NCBI RefSeq assembly: GCF_041956535.1
Contig: NW_027192200.1
Location: 213,308 to 249,943, forward strand
Length of the DNA: 36,636 nucleotides
DNA from: Calcarisporiella thermophila CBS 279.70
Taxonomy: Eukaryota; Fungi; Calcarisporiellomycota
Direction: 5' to 3'
Shown here: in pieces, positions 8,330-21,156 of the stretch
Layout of the letters: every line of letters starts with the position of its first letter
Position numbering within the stretch: the first letter of the stretch is position 1
Notes under the pieces: model-generated
Database searches by the model: none
The model's input: the letters and a program-made list of their open reading frames with translations, nothing else
What the model was told of the DNA's origin: nothing
Translations under genes and position numbers: made by a program

Positions 8330-10210
8330 ATGAAGTTCTCCTATGTCATCATCGTCATCATCGCGTTGACCTCCTGTGCTCTCGCATATACACCTTCACC
8401 AAAGCGTGCTTTTGGCCAGATAGTATTAGGCAATAAGTTGATACTCTACGGAGGTGCTACGATTGATCAGACTGGGTCCAATGTGCCAACCAATGAATTT
8501 GCGGTCCTTGATCTCTCAAAATCTTGGGATGCTCGGAATCCCGCCTGGTTACCCGGATCTGGCAATGTAGATTCGGTTCTCCCAGTTGCAGGAAATGTTC
8601 TTTTGCCTGCTGGAAACAAAGGCGATGAGTATATGGTCACATTTGGTGGCCAAGTGCCATCGAGCATGCCACAGAACGATCCGAATACCGTCTATAAATG
8701 TAAGCTATCCGACAATTCTTGGTCGCAGCCTTCCGGCATTACTCCTTCAAGGAGAAGCTTTCACACAGCTGTATACGACAAGAATATGACGAGTTGGATA
8801 TATGGAGGGCAGGTGGATAGTTCGGGCTCGAATCCTCAACCACTTGACGAACTCTATCGATTCGATGGGAGAACATACAACTGGGAGCAAATAAAAGTGC
8901 CGGCAGGAAGCATGTACCCAGGGCCGGCGACCGGACATACAGCTTCCTTAATATCAGGGTAAGCAAGTATGGATACGCCTGCATGCTATTATTTTCTTCT
9001 TGAGCTATTTTTATTATTTCTAAACATTCAATCATTTTTTTCTAAGTCCTACTTGTTTTTTGTTCTAATTTGTTTAGAAAAATGGTGGTGCTGGGAGGAT
9101 CGAATGGCGTTAGCTTACGACCCATGAATGTTGCTCATATTTTCGATACTGCTAAGCGAATTTGGACGATCCAGTCTCTCACCGGCGCTACCCCTCCCCC
9201 CCGCCTATTTCATGGCTCTACCATCACTCAATTCAACGATATATTTATATGCGGAGGCCGTAACGATACCAATCAACTCTATGGAGATGCCTGGCTACTC
9301 AATACCACGAGTTGGAGCTGGATTGAGCTCACCCCAGGGCAGGAAACGGGGGCTCCACTTCCAACCCCCAGAATGCAACATCAGTGTGCAAGGTCTGGCT
9401 CCAATGTGATGATCATGTTTGGGTCGACAGATCCTAGTGGGAACCAGACTGGTAGGTCTAGTAGAGGCGCTTCTATGTCTCCCGAACACTAAAGAACTCT
9501 ATTTTCCTGGCTCTATATTGATTGCTATGAATTTAGATAACGGAATCTTTGTTTACGACACTCTGACTGGGAAATTCGCGAACAAATACGAGCCACATCT
9601 GCTTGAAACCAATTACGATTTGCCAACCGATGGTTCCCCCGAGTCTAATACTATTTCACAGAATGTTCTCTCGCAAGGTGCCATTATTGGAATCGTACTT
9701 GGGAGTGTCTCCATTGTTTCCCTAACTGCCTTAATTGGCCTGCTGCTGGTACTAAGGCATAAGAAGCAGCAGCGGCTAGTGACTCAAAATGCCACCCCAA
9801 TCGAAGGCGATATCCCTGACGACAAATATGATAGTGACTTGGCGCGCACCCGGCCCTCGACGGGCTACGGCCCTCCGTCGATGCTTGTATCGGGGTACTA
9901 TCCTGCACAGCACCAAGATCCCCGTATGAGTGGACCGCCTCCTCTGGTTATGCAGTATGCTTCTCCACCTCAAGGCTACATAAATCCGGGAATGGATCCC
10001 AGCTTGCTCAATGGTGGAGCCGCTGTGCCGAATGCTTGGCCCGTAATCACCTCCTCTGGCGCAGGGCAGCCAATGGTTGTTCCGATGCAGGTGCCTGTTT
10101 CCCAGGCAGAGATGCTTCATCCACAGGGCGTAATAAGCAACAATTCTTCCCCAGGGTCTGCTACCTTGCAAACAGCGACGAGGACAGAGCAAACACCAAA
10201 TACACAGTAG
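8330..10210 (+). CDS. Kelch beta-propeller type I membrane protein, paralog 2 (exons 8330-8958, 9078-9451, 9537-10210)
   Basis: Signal peptide MKFSYVIIVIIALTSCALA, kelch blades colinear with paralog 1 (AVLDLS.SWD, DPNTV....SDNSWSQP, YRFDG, GHTASLI, GD.WLLNTTSW.W), TM helix and Pro-rich tail. Confidence 0.87.
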
Positions 10211-10655
10211 GGCAATACACCACATGTACGACTACAGATTTAATATACATGGCAACTCTGTAGCACGTAAATCTATGGCCATGCCATCTCTTCCAGTTTT
10301 CCTAGCCTCATTTATCACTTTTTTAACCGGATATTAGCGAGTTATATAAGACTTATTTATCCATTTATCATTCTTTTTCTAATATCTCCTGATTCAACTA
10401 TCATATTATGCCACCCTTCTACTTCACATTTCATGCTAGCATGAAAGTGCACGAACTGTACTTTCATTTTTTTTTTTAATTAGCAATAAACCACTGGAAT
10501 TCAAATGTGAGCCATAGATGGCATATTATTAAAGCAAATTTCAAACCGAATTTTTGAACATAAGCATATTACACTCTTAAAGACAAATACAAGGACCGAC
10601 AAAGGTAGACTGATTTCTCTTAATAGTATCCCAGAGAGCCTATCCAGCTTCCCCG

Positions 10656-12171
10656 TTACTCTTCCTTGTGGTACGACAAGGACGCAAATCTGCCATTATG
10701 AACAATCAAATCCTCGGGTTTAATTGGTTCTTTTGCAAAGAAGCGCTGTAAAATGTCCTACGAAGAGGGGAAAAAACAAGAGTATTATGCTCAAATTCTG
10801 AATTAATTGGACTCTTCGTCCAATTATTAAGCATCTATCCTCACCTTGACTCCGTCGGCATATCGCTTTTGGGCGTCGAGCGTGGTTCCGGAATAGTGGG
10901 GAACCATGGCGTTTCTGGGCAGCTGGCGCCATGGATGGTCGCGTGGAGCGGGTTGGGGGTACCAAACATCACCTCCATAAGCACGAACAGTTCCATTATT
11001 GACCGCTTCTACCAAAGCGTCGCGATCTAACATCATGTTTCATTGTGATAATATGCTATTAGAACGCAGGAGAATCAAGCAAGATAAACTAGGATATATA
11101 TACCAACAATAGCACCCCTTGCAGTGTTAACCAGATAGGAGCCCTTCTTCATGCGTGCAAACACTTGATGGTTGAACAATCCTCGAGTCTTGTTGGTTAG
11201 AGGGCAGTTAATAGTCACCACGTCACATTGTTCTACGAGCTCCTCGAGGCTATGGCAGCGCCGAGCACCAAGTGCTTTCTCAACTTCGGGCTTAAGTGGC
11301 TGATAGTCGAAGTAGAGCAGTTCTTTGCAGTTGAAGGGTTTCAGTCGCTCCAAAACACGGGAGCCAATGCGTCCGGCGCCGACCGTGCCAACTACCTTAT
11401 TTTCGATATCAAACGAATCAACTGCAGCTTCAGCAACGTTCCTATGTAGTTATTGTTGGTTTTCATTAGGTATAAGGCAAGAGAAAAAGGGAAGAGATTG
11501 AAAAGGATAGGAGGGGTTACCAGTCGCCTCGAAGAATTTGATCGTGGGCAGGCACAAAATTACGGACCATCAACAAAATGGTCATCACAACATGCTAGAC
11601 GTATGATATAGTAAGTCAAATCTTTAGGTAAAGTGTATCTCTACTTGGAAAATGATGAAATAGTACCTCTGCAACGCTCACTACATTAGATCCCGTCACC
11701 TCCGCCACGGTTAATCCCGCTTCGATAGCAGCATTCAAGTCGACATGGTCACTCCCGACCCCGGCCGTGATGCACAGTTTCAGATTCTTGGCATTGGCAA
11801 TACGCTCCTTGGAAATGTATCCGGGATGGAATGGAGTTGTTATCAGGACTGGAATAATAATAATGGTTCACCATAAGCTGATGCAGCATTCATTGATACG
11901 GAGAAATCAATGATAGACATACCATCCGTGTCAGGAAGCTCTTTATCCATCACGTTACCAGGACCTTCCTTACTGGAGGTAACCACAAAAGTATGTCCCT
12001 GGGATTCGAGCCACTCACGTAGACCAAGTTCATTCTCGACGCAGCCTATAGCGATGGTTTCATAATATGAGAAGAGATACAGACCGTAGGGGATCGCTAC
12101 AAATCCATACCCAACAAACGCTTCTCCTTTGCGTACTCTTTGCCTTCGTAAAGAACTGCGAGGATTTTCAT
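10656..12171 (-). CDS. FDH1: NAD-dependent formate dehydrogenase (7 exons)
   Basis: Spliced: [10 protein letters not shown]...LG|[13 protein letters not shown]...|ITTPFHPGY...[10 protein letters not shown]...[12 protein letters not shown]|HVVMTIL...GTVGAGRIG...FDY...NTARGAIV|D...[15 protein letters not shown]...[17 protein letters not shown]|DIL...YHKEE*. Confidence 0.95.
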
Positions 12172-13560
12172 ATCGGTTGAATAGTCGGTTCAAGAATTGA
12201 AATCGAGGAAAATAAAGGGTAAGGGGAGGGTGAGAAAAGATGTGAGGGTGAACTTGTCGAGGCGAGAATTTATGCTCTCTATCGTGAGAACATGCTCGCT
12301 TTGTGCTCCCCTGCAGCCACTCAAGAGTAGAATTCTTTTAATAGACCATTTTGAAATAGGGCGAAAAGGTTCAAAACTCAATATCGGATTTATATTTTGG
12401 CTCCAATTTTTGTATTTAATAACGCATTAGAAATGAAGGCGCTGCTAAATTGCAGTGTGAGAATTCCCAAGGCAAAAAAATAAAACCCAAGAGAATGCAC
12501 AGACCCCCAATTTGGAATACAAATTACAATTGGCAGTCACGCGCCCCTTTGAAAATATATTCCAATGGTATGCAGCAGAGTAGAGTTCCGTTAGATTATC
12601 AAAATACATGCTCAGTATTTCCCTTTTTAAAGCGGGAGGATGGACTATACGCCAGTATTGACTCCCCGCTTACTCCCACAATATGCACACTATGATTTGG
12701 AGCTATATCCCAATTACTATTGTAACTAATGTAGTATTGTAACTAGAGATATGACGTAGAGTATGTGGAAATGGTTGTTGCCATGCTGTGAAATGCTGTC
12801 GCTCTAAGAGTTAATACATAAAAGCATTGTCATGAGATGGATTCGGTCCCAGAGATTTCAACTATTAAGTATCAAACGGAAAGCAATTTTCCACCTATTT
12901 TCAATCCTAGTTAGTCTATAATTAAAGACTGGCTCTTGTTTTAGATGGGTTTTGAGATTAATAGTTTTTAAAGTTTTAAATGCCTCCTAGGAATAATGTA
13001 TTCTTTGTCTCTTGCTAGGTGTCCGAATAATAAGTGTCATTTTTCGAGATAATTCTAAGCACCTAGGATAATAATTTATACTCTAGTCTCTTGGCATAAA
13101 TAGTTAATTTTTTCCAACGGTATGCACTCTACTGTATTGATACTGTAAAATGGATGTTATTTTTAAATCATTGCTAAACGTAGCAATACGGATGAGTTCC
13201 TTTATTATTCGCTGTAAGCAAAGTTTATCGGAAGGTAGATCTAGCAATTGTTAACCATATAATAGTTGTAAAGGCCTGGCAAAGATTTAGGATGTAGTAG
13301 GGAAAGGGCATATATTCATCTTGGCATCAAGTTTAACTCATCCCATCTTATAAATCATTCATAGGTTCTTAAAGCAAATGTGACTACTCTCGGATCACTG
13401 GTGACGTAATAAAGTGATATCATCAATTCACACCTATGGATTTTTCTGTTAACTTTTGGTGCCTTTTTCTTTTTACTTACAAAGCACATCCTCGACGAAG
13501 GCTACTCGGGGCGCTAATTCATCTCTATTTTTCGAAAAAGTAGTTTAGAAAAGACATTAG

Positions 13561-13692
13561 GTAAATGCTCGATGAGAGACGGATGGATAGATAAATGGAT
13601 GGATGGACCCATTATGTTGGGGTTAATTCTCGTCAATGCAATCCTTTTAATTATAATCTTCATCCGCTGATCGTACCATTTTCCTTGACTAG
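13561..13692 (+). other. Putative 5'-UTR intron of RPL2
   Basis: AG|GTAAAT donor at 13561, GCTGAT branch-like site near 13666, pyrimidine tract, and TAG acceptor at 13692, three nt before the ATG. Confidence 0.55.
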
Positions 13693-13695
13693 ATC

Positions 13696-14555
13696 ATGGG
13701 TCGCGTCATCAGGGCTCAAAGAAAGGGTGCAGGTGGCATCTTCAAGTCGCACACTGCTGGTCGCAAGGGTGCTGCCAAGTTCCGTAACTTGGATTTCGCA
13801 GAGCGCAAGGGATACATCCGTGGTATTGTGAAGGAGATTGTCCATGATCCCGGACGTGGTGCTCCCCTCGCCAAGGTGGTGTTCCGTGATCCTTATCGGT
13901 AAGGAATCTGGCCAAGATGATTTTCATCAATGGATGGGGGGGTTAGGGATCTTGGTGATTGAATAATGTTATCTTTTATTTTAGGTACAAGCTCCGCACT
14001 GAGACTTTCGTTGCTACCGAGGGTCTCCACACCGGCCAATTCGTCTACTGCGGTAAGAAGGCTGCTCTCACTGTCGGAAACGTTTTGCCCGTCTCTGCCA
14101 TGCCTGAGGGTACCATCGTCTCCAATGTTGAGGAGAAGACTGGTGACCGCGGAGCAATTGCCCGCTGCTCCGGCAACTACGCCACCATCATCGGCCACAA
14201 CCCCGAGACGAACAAGACGCGCGTGAAGCTTCCGTCCGGCGCAAAGAAGGTGATCAGTGGCGATGCTCGTGCCATGATCGGTATCGTTGCTGGTGGTGGC
14301 AGAATCGACAAGCCGTTGTTGAAGGCTGGTCGCGCTTACCACAAGTACCGCGTGAAGAGGAACGCATGGCCCAAGACCCGTGGTGTGGCCATGAATCCTG
14401 TCGACCATCCTCACGGTGGTGGTAACCATCAGCACATTGGTCACGCCTCAACCGTGTCCCGCTTTGCTCCTCCTGGTCAAAAGGTGGGTTTGGTTGCTGC
14501 CCGTCGCACTGGTTTGCTCCGTGGTACCAAGAAGACCACCAACAAGGATCAATAA
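13696..14555 (+). CDS. RPL2: 60S ribosomal protein uL2 (L2/L8); exons 13696-13898, 13985-14555
   Basis: [20 protein letters not shown]...[10 protein letters not shown]...[21 protein letters not shown]...AARRTG; strongly biased codon usage. Confidence 0.98.
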
Positions 14556-14845
14556 ACGTCTATCTCCTTGTTCGCTCTCCTTTCCCGCCTCCCCTTGTTC
14601 ATTTCCTTCGATTTTTTCCCCTAAAAATAAAAATGGGAATTTTTTTATTTTTTCAAAAGTGTGGGAGTGTCTCCGATTTTTTGAAGACCCTCAAAACCAC
14701 CATACCTTATTCTTGAATGACAGAGTGGGCCGATAGGTGGCGCAGTGTGCCATTTTACAACCTCTTGAAGTTATCGCAATAGAGGGCAAAAGGATTGAAC
14801 AAAGTTGGTTTCATTGTGGCATCCTGATACTCAAGGGCAGCAGGA

Positions 14846-17352
14846 ATGGAACGGCCAAAACGCCGGATTGAAGCCGTCAACTACTCAGATAAACCGCAAT
14901 GGCGGCGAAAATCCGATCCTTCGAATCCACCTCCATTGTCACAGAAGAAATCCCCGGCTCCAACCAATGTAAGGGAATTAAGAGTAAGACCACCTGCCAA
15001 GCGCGATGAAAAGGAGTCGCCGAAGGAGAGAGAGCGGAAAGAGCCTTTAAAAGGGCGCCGAGTTCATGGCGGTAAGAATTAATATGGGGTTCACACGAGC
15101 GGATTCCAAAATTACTAATGGCGACTATGTTCGAATTGCTTTTCTTAATTGGTAGATGTCCAGAAATTCTTCTGGGCTATAGAGCGCAAAGATTCCAAAT
15201 CCGTACGCCATTTTCTCCAGTCTCACCCGCGCTTCAACGTGAACCAGCTCTGGGATTCGACGATTTTTGACACACACTTCACATGGGGCCCCCTCCACGC
15301 GGCCGCATTCGAAGGCTCGATCCGTGTAATAAGGGTTCTCATGGAATTCGGAGCCGAGGTGGATCTGAGAGACACATGGTACGGAGGCACACCACTGGCT
15401 TGGGCAGCCTACGCAGGCCATTTTGATGCAGCCCGCTTGTTGATTCAGTCAGGTGCCGACAGAAATGCAAAAAACGACCATGGTCAGATCCCGGCTGACT
15501 TAATTTCGGAACCGGATGACCCACGGTGGGAAGGCATTTTAACGCGATTAGATCTGGTGATTCGATTTTTATTACATATCCATAGCGGTGCGCGTGCGTA
15601 GATATACTAATATAATTTTTATTCTCAGGCGAGTGAGGAGGAATCGGAGAGCGAGGACGACTCCAGTGATGAACAAACGCCAGAGGTGACATCTGTACAG
15701 AACACAGCTACACCAACACCAACACCAACCTCGACATCGGCGCCGACACAAAAGATTACTCTCCCTCGTTTCCCTGAGATTGAGCCGGATTCGGTAAGAA
15801 TACAAATCCCTCATCTCTAGCGCCGACCCTAATGTGTATCTTTCCGCTAGGATGATGAATGGGAGGAGCACGAGAAATTGCAAAGAAACGGCATTGAGTA
15901 TGGTGTGGGAGACTTCGTCTACATATGCTCGCCGGAGGATGCAGGGAACCAGGTGATTGCCCTAATAGAGGAGCTGATGACGGATCAAAAGTATGAAGTC
16001 GATAACTTACCGCCAGTGTCAGGATGGGTCTCTCGTCCCCAGAATTAACTCGCCTTTTTTTACCTTTTTCTTTTTGTTAGCGGTAAGCAATATTTCAAGG
16101 GCACGTGGTTCATTCGGCCAGATCAGGTATTGCAAAATTGGCAGTCCACTTTCGCGAATCCCTTTTCATGACGGTTCCCATATTCGCTCTCTTGTAGATT
16201 CCGTACATCACTGAGCAACATCCTCGCCATCCGCGCGAAGTTCTCAAGCAAGTCGGCCCACGTACCCACACATTTGCCCACCTCGCCCCCTCGTCGAAGA
16301 AGTGTTATGTAATGCATATCATCGACTATGCCAAATCCAAGCCCGACGGCTTTTCGCCTGAGCACGTGTATTTCTGCGGGGCAAGCTGGTGCGAGGAAAC
16401 AAGGATGCTGCAGCCAATCAAGGCATGGAAGAGAGGGGCGTATGTGCCTGAGGCGACATTTCCCGTGAGTTTGGTGCCGCGGATGGAGCGTGGAAGGGAT
16501 GGCAAGAGAAGGAAGAGCGACGGGATTCTAGAGATAGAGGGTGCTTTGGCGCAGTGGCTAGATGGCAAGCAGAATGTCCGGCTGGGACCAGACGATACGA
16601 AGACGAAAAAGAAAAAGGGGAATAAGCAGGAGCAGCCCATGGACTATGTGATGGACGCCATGGATGCGCGATCGCCGTTGGGGGCACGCGGGAGAGTGCG
16701 CGGGCCGCGAGACAGGTTCGGCGAGATGGTGATGAATGTGGAGGCACGAGGCGCATTCAACGCGGTTGACTTTGGGGAGGCCAATTCGCTGGCCTCTCTG
16801 AAGCTCGGCAAGGACTTCAAGATGCTGTGTGAGATTGCCATCGAGACGGATGACCGCTATCTGGCCATGTCGCTGGACACTCGAGTGTATAGCGCGTATA
16901 CACTGTCCATTGGGGCGGGGGCCCATGCAATATGTATTGTCCCCTTGCTGGCTCCCGTGCTGGGGCGGTACCGGGACAAGATCGCGATGACGGTGGTGCA
17001 GGATGGCCGCAGGGTCCATGCGGTTGGCCAGGGCCCCTGGGGCAGAATCTCGAGACTGGGCCGAGGGGGCGGTGAAGAGTCACCCGAGAAGGTCGAAAGC
17101 GTCGAGGGAAAGGACGAAAGGGGGAAGAGGGGGGAGGGGGTCGAGCCCAATGGTATGACTGCAACGCCGCTCGCAGGAAACGAAGTGTTTGGGGAGATGT
17201 TTCTCTTCTCGGTGCCGCCCATTGGCGTGTCGACGGTGGAAATCTGGGTGAGCGCCCCCCTTGGTTCCGACGCTCTCTCTCAAGCCTCCAATTTGCCCGG
17301 GTATGTCGCGGGGATGGTCACGCAGCGTTATTGCCTCTTCGTGTATCGGTGA
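14846..17352 (+). CDS. Ankyrin-repeat + BAH-domain + C-terminal beta-sandwich protein, probably chromatin-associated (exons approx. 14846-15071, 15156-15556, 15629-15793, 15851-15990, 16081-16126, 16198-17352)
   Basis: Ankyrin: GPLHAAA...GAEVDLRD..GGTPLAWAA...GADRNAKNDHGQIP. After an acidic linker comes a BAH domain: NGIEYGVGDFVYI...IALIEEL...YFKGTWFIRPDQ...REVLK...KCYVM....Y...KP.GF...VYFC...IKAW. All splice junctions keep frame. Confidence 0.82.
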
Positions 17353-17922
17353 ATTTCACCTGCTTACGCGATTTTTCCTCTTTTTTTTTTTTCCTTTTCG
17401 CTCTTGCTATTTTATTTGAACTTGTGTGTATTGTAATTTTTTTTAGTATTTCTCCTGTATTTTGCGTTTTGATTTATTCCATTTACTCCCCGACCTCCTT
17501 CCATCTTCACCTCTCATACTGCTTACATATCCCTTTCCGTTTCTCTATTTCTTCTTTTTTTCTTTTTCCTTTCGCCCTCGTCCAGTTTGCTGGTGATGCA
17601 AGCTAATTAGAAAACAAATGGATAAAACTATTTTATATCATATCAAGAAAGGCAGAACAAAAAAAAAACTCAATGGATTAAACCGGAGAAAAGAAATCTA
17701 CAACAAAAGGAAGAAGAGTAAAGAGTAAAAGTAAGAACAGAATAGGAAAAGGAAAATCATTCGATGGAAAGAAGATAAAAAAGGTAAAAAAGGCAAAGGA
17801 GTGGAATGAGTGAGAGCGTGTGCGTGAGATTACAGCAAAATTACAAAGTTTAAAAAGAAAAGGGAAAAAAAAATGAATGGAAGGGGCATATAAGAAGAGC
17901 AATGAGGTGGAAATAGGAGGAA

Positions 17923-17936
17923 ATAGATAGATAAAG

Positions 17937-17967
<31 letters not shown>

Positions 17968-17982
17968 TAGATAGATAGATAG
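17923..17982. repeat. Compound (AGAT)n/(AGAC)n microsatellite
   Basis: Visible tandem tetranucleotides in the 3' intergenic region between convergent genes. Confidence 0.9.
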
Positions 17983-18345
17983 AAGTGGATATACTGCAAA
18001 AATAAAGAGGTATAAGCGGCAAGCGCATGTGTTTTAGAGCGGATGCGAGGAAGAGAAGGAGGAGAAGGAGCAGAAGAAGGAAATGGGAATAGAGGAGGCA
18101 GAGAGAGTATGAAAGCAACCAACCATCAAGTGAAGAACAGCTTTAGAAACCCAAACAAAGAAAAATAATTAGAGAGCGAAAGGGGCGGATAGGTAGACAA
18201 ATAGATAGATAAGTTAGGCGGGATGGATCGTGGATCGAGATAAAGATAAAGGGATAAATAAAGGAGTGGAAATGCAGGATGGAAGTGTGTGTGTGGGGGG
18301 GGGGGGAACGAAATTTGCCATTTCGTCAGTAGGGGTTGCCCGGGG

Positions 18346-20459
18346 CTAATCTCGATGCCGGATGGTTTCCTTCATGAACTTCAAGAATCGGCCACCGTAC
18401 TCTACCGGAGGTACCGCCGAGATTCCTTTTCTGTCCTGCCGGAGTCCCTTCCAAAAGCACTCGGCCCGCTTTGTCAAGTTAAATGGCGTTAAAATGTCAA
18501 TGATGCCCAGATAGTAGAGCTCTCTTCCCGGCAGGTTACGCTCATCCGTGGACATGAATCCCCCCTCGTCCGCATAAAAGCAGCAGCGAGCTCGTTCCGG
18601 CGCGGCCGCTAGAGGGAGCTGCTCGTGTGTGACCCGCACGGGGTCCGAGGCCACCACGGCACGCCGAAGGGCCGACGCAGTGGAGTTTTGGGCGTTGGTG
18701 GGGGTCCGCTGCAGCCTCCGCTCCTCCTTTTTATGCTGGGGCTGCTGCTGGTGCGGTGATGAGGGTGAGGGGCCGTCGGTGGGCTCGAATAGCCACAAAT
18801 TCTTTTCTCGCAGATTGTCTCGGTTACCCCTCATACGGTCATGCACTCCGATTAGGAGCGAATAGTCCATGATGTTCAAGTTCTGCAGTAGCCTGACGTC
18901 CCGTTCCAACTGCCCCACGAAGACTCGACGCTTCTCTGGCCCTAATTCGAGGCATTTTTTGCGGGCCAGCCAGTTGAGATCCTTCATCACCGCACGCGGA
19001 TTCTCTCTGCACTCGGCCTCGGGAAGTTCTCGGCCAAAGGTAGAGCCCTTGAGGTCGTAGGTCTCGTGGATATCTTTGTTGGCCGGGAAGACATTCTGCA
19101 TCACCACAAAGTGGATTTTACGGCCATGCGGGAGTTTCACGCGGTGGAGCCCATAGTAGCGACACAGAAGCGTGTTGGGATTCTCCTTCACGTGCTAAAA
19201 AGGGACAAAAAGGAGGCAGAGACGTGAGGGTGAGTACGCTGGAGAGCCGGGTGTAAAGTGTTCCTCCTCCTTCCTTACCTCGTAATATTGCTTCAGTATT
19301 TTTCTCATCCACTTGTGCTCCGAGTGGTGGATCGTTTTGATGATGAAACGGTAATCCTGCGAATAGTAGAAGAAGGCACCGCTCTTACCGGCCGAGCTCA
19401 GCTCCGAAAGCACATATTTATTCGTGAGAGCCACCAGATAATCTGCAGGGTGGATTCCAAAGAGTTCACGTAGGTGCCGGAACACCCAGGGGGCATAGTC
19501 CTTGAACTTGAAGTCATATTTCACCGAGGGTGTCAGCTCGTTGCCCTTGCTGTGATGGTCATGGAAAAAAGACAAGATCGGGGGTAAGTAAGTCTTCTCT
19601 ACAATGCCGAAAGGTCCACGGTAACTCACATATCAAACGTCATCTTATGCGCTGCGGAAAAATCCTCGTTGTTCAACACTCGCATTGGTTTTGCAGTACA
19701 TCTCGACACCGAGATTCGGATGCCCGTGAGCATGTTGTACATGAGAACATAATTTACATGATCCTCCCCAATCCGCGTCCCAACAAGAACCTCATCCTCG
19801 GCCTGTTGTTTCCGCTGTAGTAGCTTCGAGAGACGCCTAGCCTTTCGACGAGCCAGCTCTTCCTGGAGCTGGCGGAGATCGTCCCAGTCGGGATTGACTT
19901 TACGATGGAGATCATCGTCGGGATTGTAGGTGTTGCGACGATGAAGATGGCGCGGAGCGGCTGCCTCACCAGCGGAGGTGTTGGAACGGGAGATGCGTGA
20001 TGAAGGCGCCACGTACGTGGCGGAGCGAGAAACACCGGCAGGAGCCTTAAGGGGTTTAGCTACAGGGGATACAGATGCAGGGGTAATGGGAGCAGCAGGC
20101 TCGGAATCCTTTCGCTTTGGGGTGCCTCCCTCGGCTCCCAGTCGGGGAGATGAAATCTTGGGATGAAGAGACTCAACCTCGTTGATGTAGGCAAAATCCA
20201 GGGTGTGAAGAGGCGGGGTCGTTTCGCCATTCATCTTTTCTATGTGTACTTCATCCATCCCTGGAGATGGCTCAGTGTGGAGGGTGGCGAGTTTGGGGGT
20301 GCCATTTCCATTAATAAGCTTCTCGTTATTGGACACGTAGTGTGCATGATGGGCCCGAGGTGGCTGCTTGTTCGTTGTGATCGCATTCGCCACGGCTGTC
20401 ATGGGAAGAGTAGTGTTGGGACTAACAGTATTGCGGGTGTTAGCCATGGCCCCAATCAT
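18346..20459 (-). CDS. MSS4: Phosphatidylinositol-4-phosphate 5-kinase (introns 19629-19550, 19278-19195)
   Basis: [67 protein letters not shown] and YLGIIDIL motifs. The start codon choice (20459 vs 20447) is uncertain. Confidence 0.93.
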
Positions 20460-21156
20460 GGGAGGAGAGGAGAAAGGGTGGGTGAGTGGGAGAGGGAGAT
20501 AGGGGGATATAGGGGAAAAGCGGGAAAAATAAACAAGAAACCAAACAGCAATGAAGAGAAGGGGATGGCCCTTGCTACCACAAAAAAGGGGGGGAGCGAA
20601 CAAGAAATGCAAATGAATCCCAAAGAAAAGATTTAATTAACAAAAAAAAGCAAAATGGAAATCTTTCAAAAGCAGGAAAAATGTTATTTTCTATTTTCTC
20701 CCTAAAAGAAAAACAGAAAAGAAAAATCGCTCGGCTCCAAAGAAAAACGCTCGGAAAGGACAGTGGCGGTGTTCGAAAACAACATACTGCTGAGCCCAAA
20801 AGGATAGGGATACAAATTAGGATAGAAATGACTCTGTTAAGACAAATAGCACAACATAATTCTTACAAGGAGATAACATAATTCTGCAAAAGGGAGGAAA
20901 AAAAAACAAATAGGCCAATAGGAAAAAAAAAATAAGGTAAAGAGTAGATAATAAAAACAACGGGATAGAGTTAAAGGGATGAGGGGTGAGATTCAAAATA
21001 AGCAAGGATATGTATACTAAACACTGTTTCACAGATTGACGTGTTAAAAAAAACAATCGTATTGAAGCCAGAATACAATATTTTTTTCCCACTTTCCTCG
21101 TCTCTCTGTGTCGACGTGTTGTTATAAATAGAAAACGTACTTGCAATGCGTGCTAA

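Noticed and set aside
13899-13984. Intronic snoRNA in RPL2
   Set aside because: No convincing RTGATGA/CTGA box pair or H/ACA hairpins.
17331-18122. Hydrophobic F/L/S-rich ORFs
   Set aside because: Translations of pyrimidine-rich UTR and microsatellite sequence.
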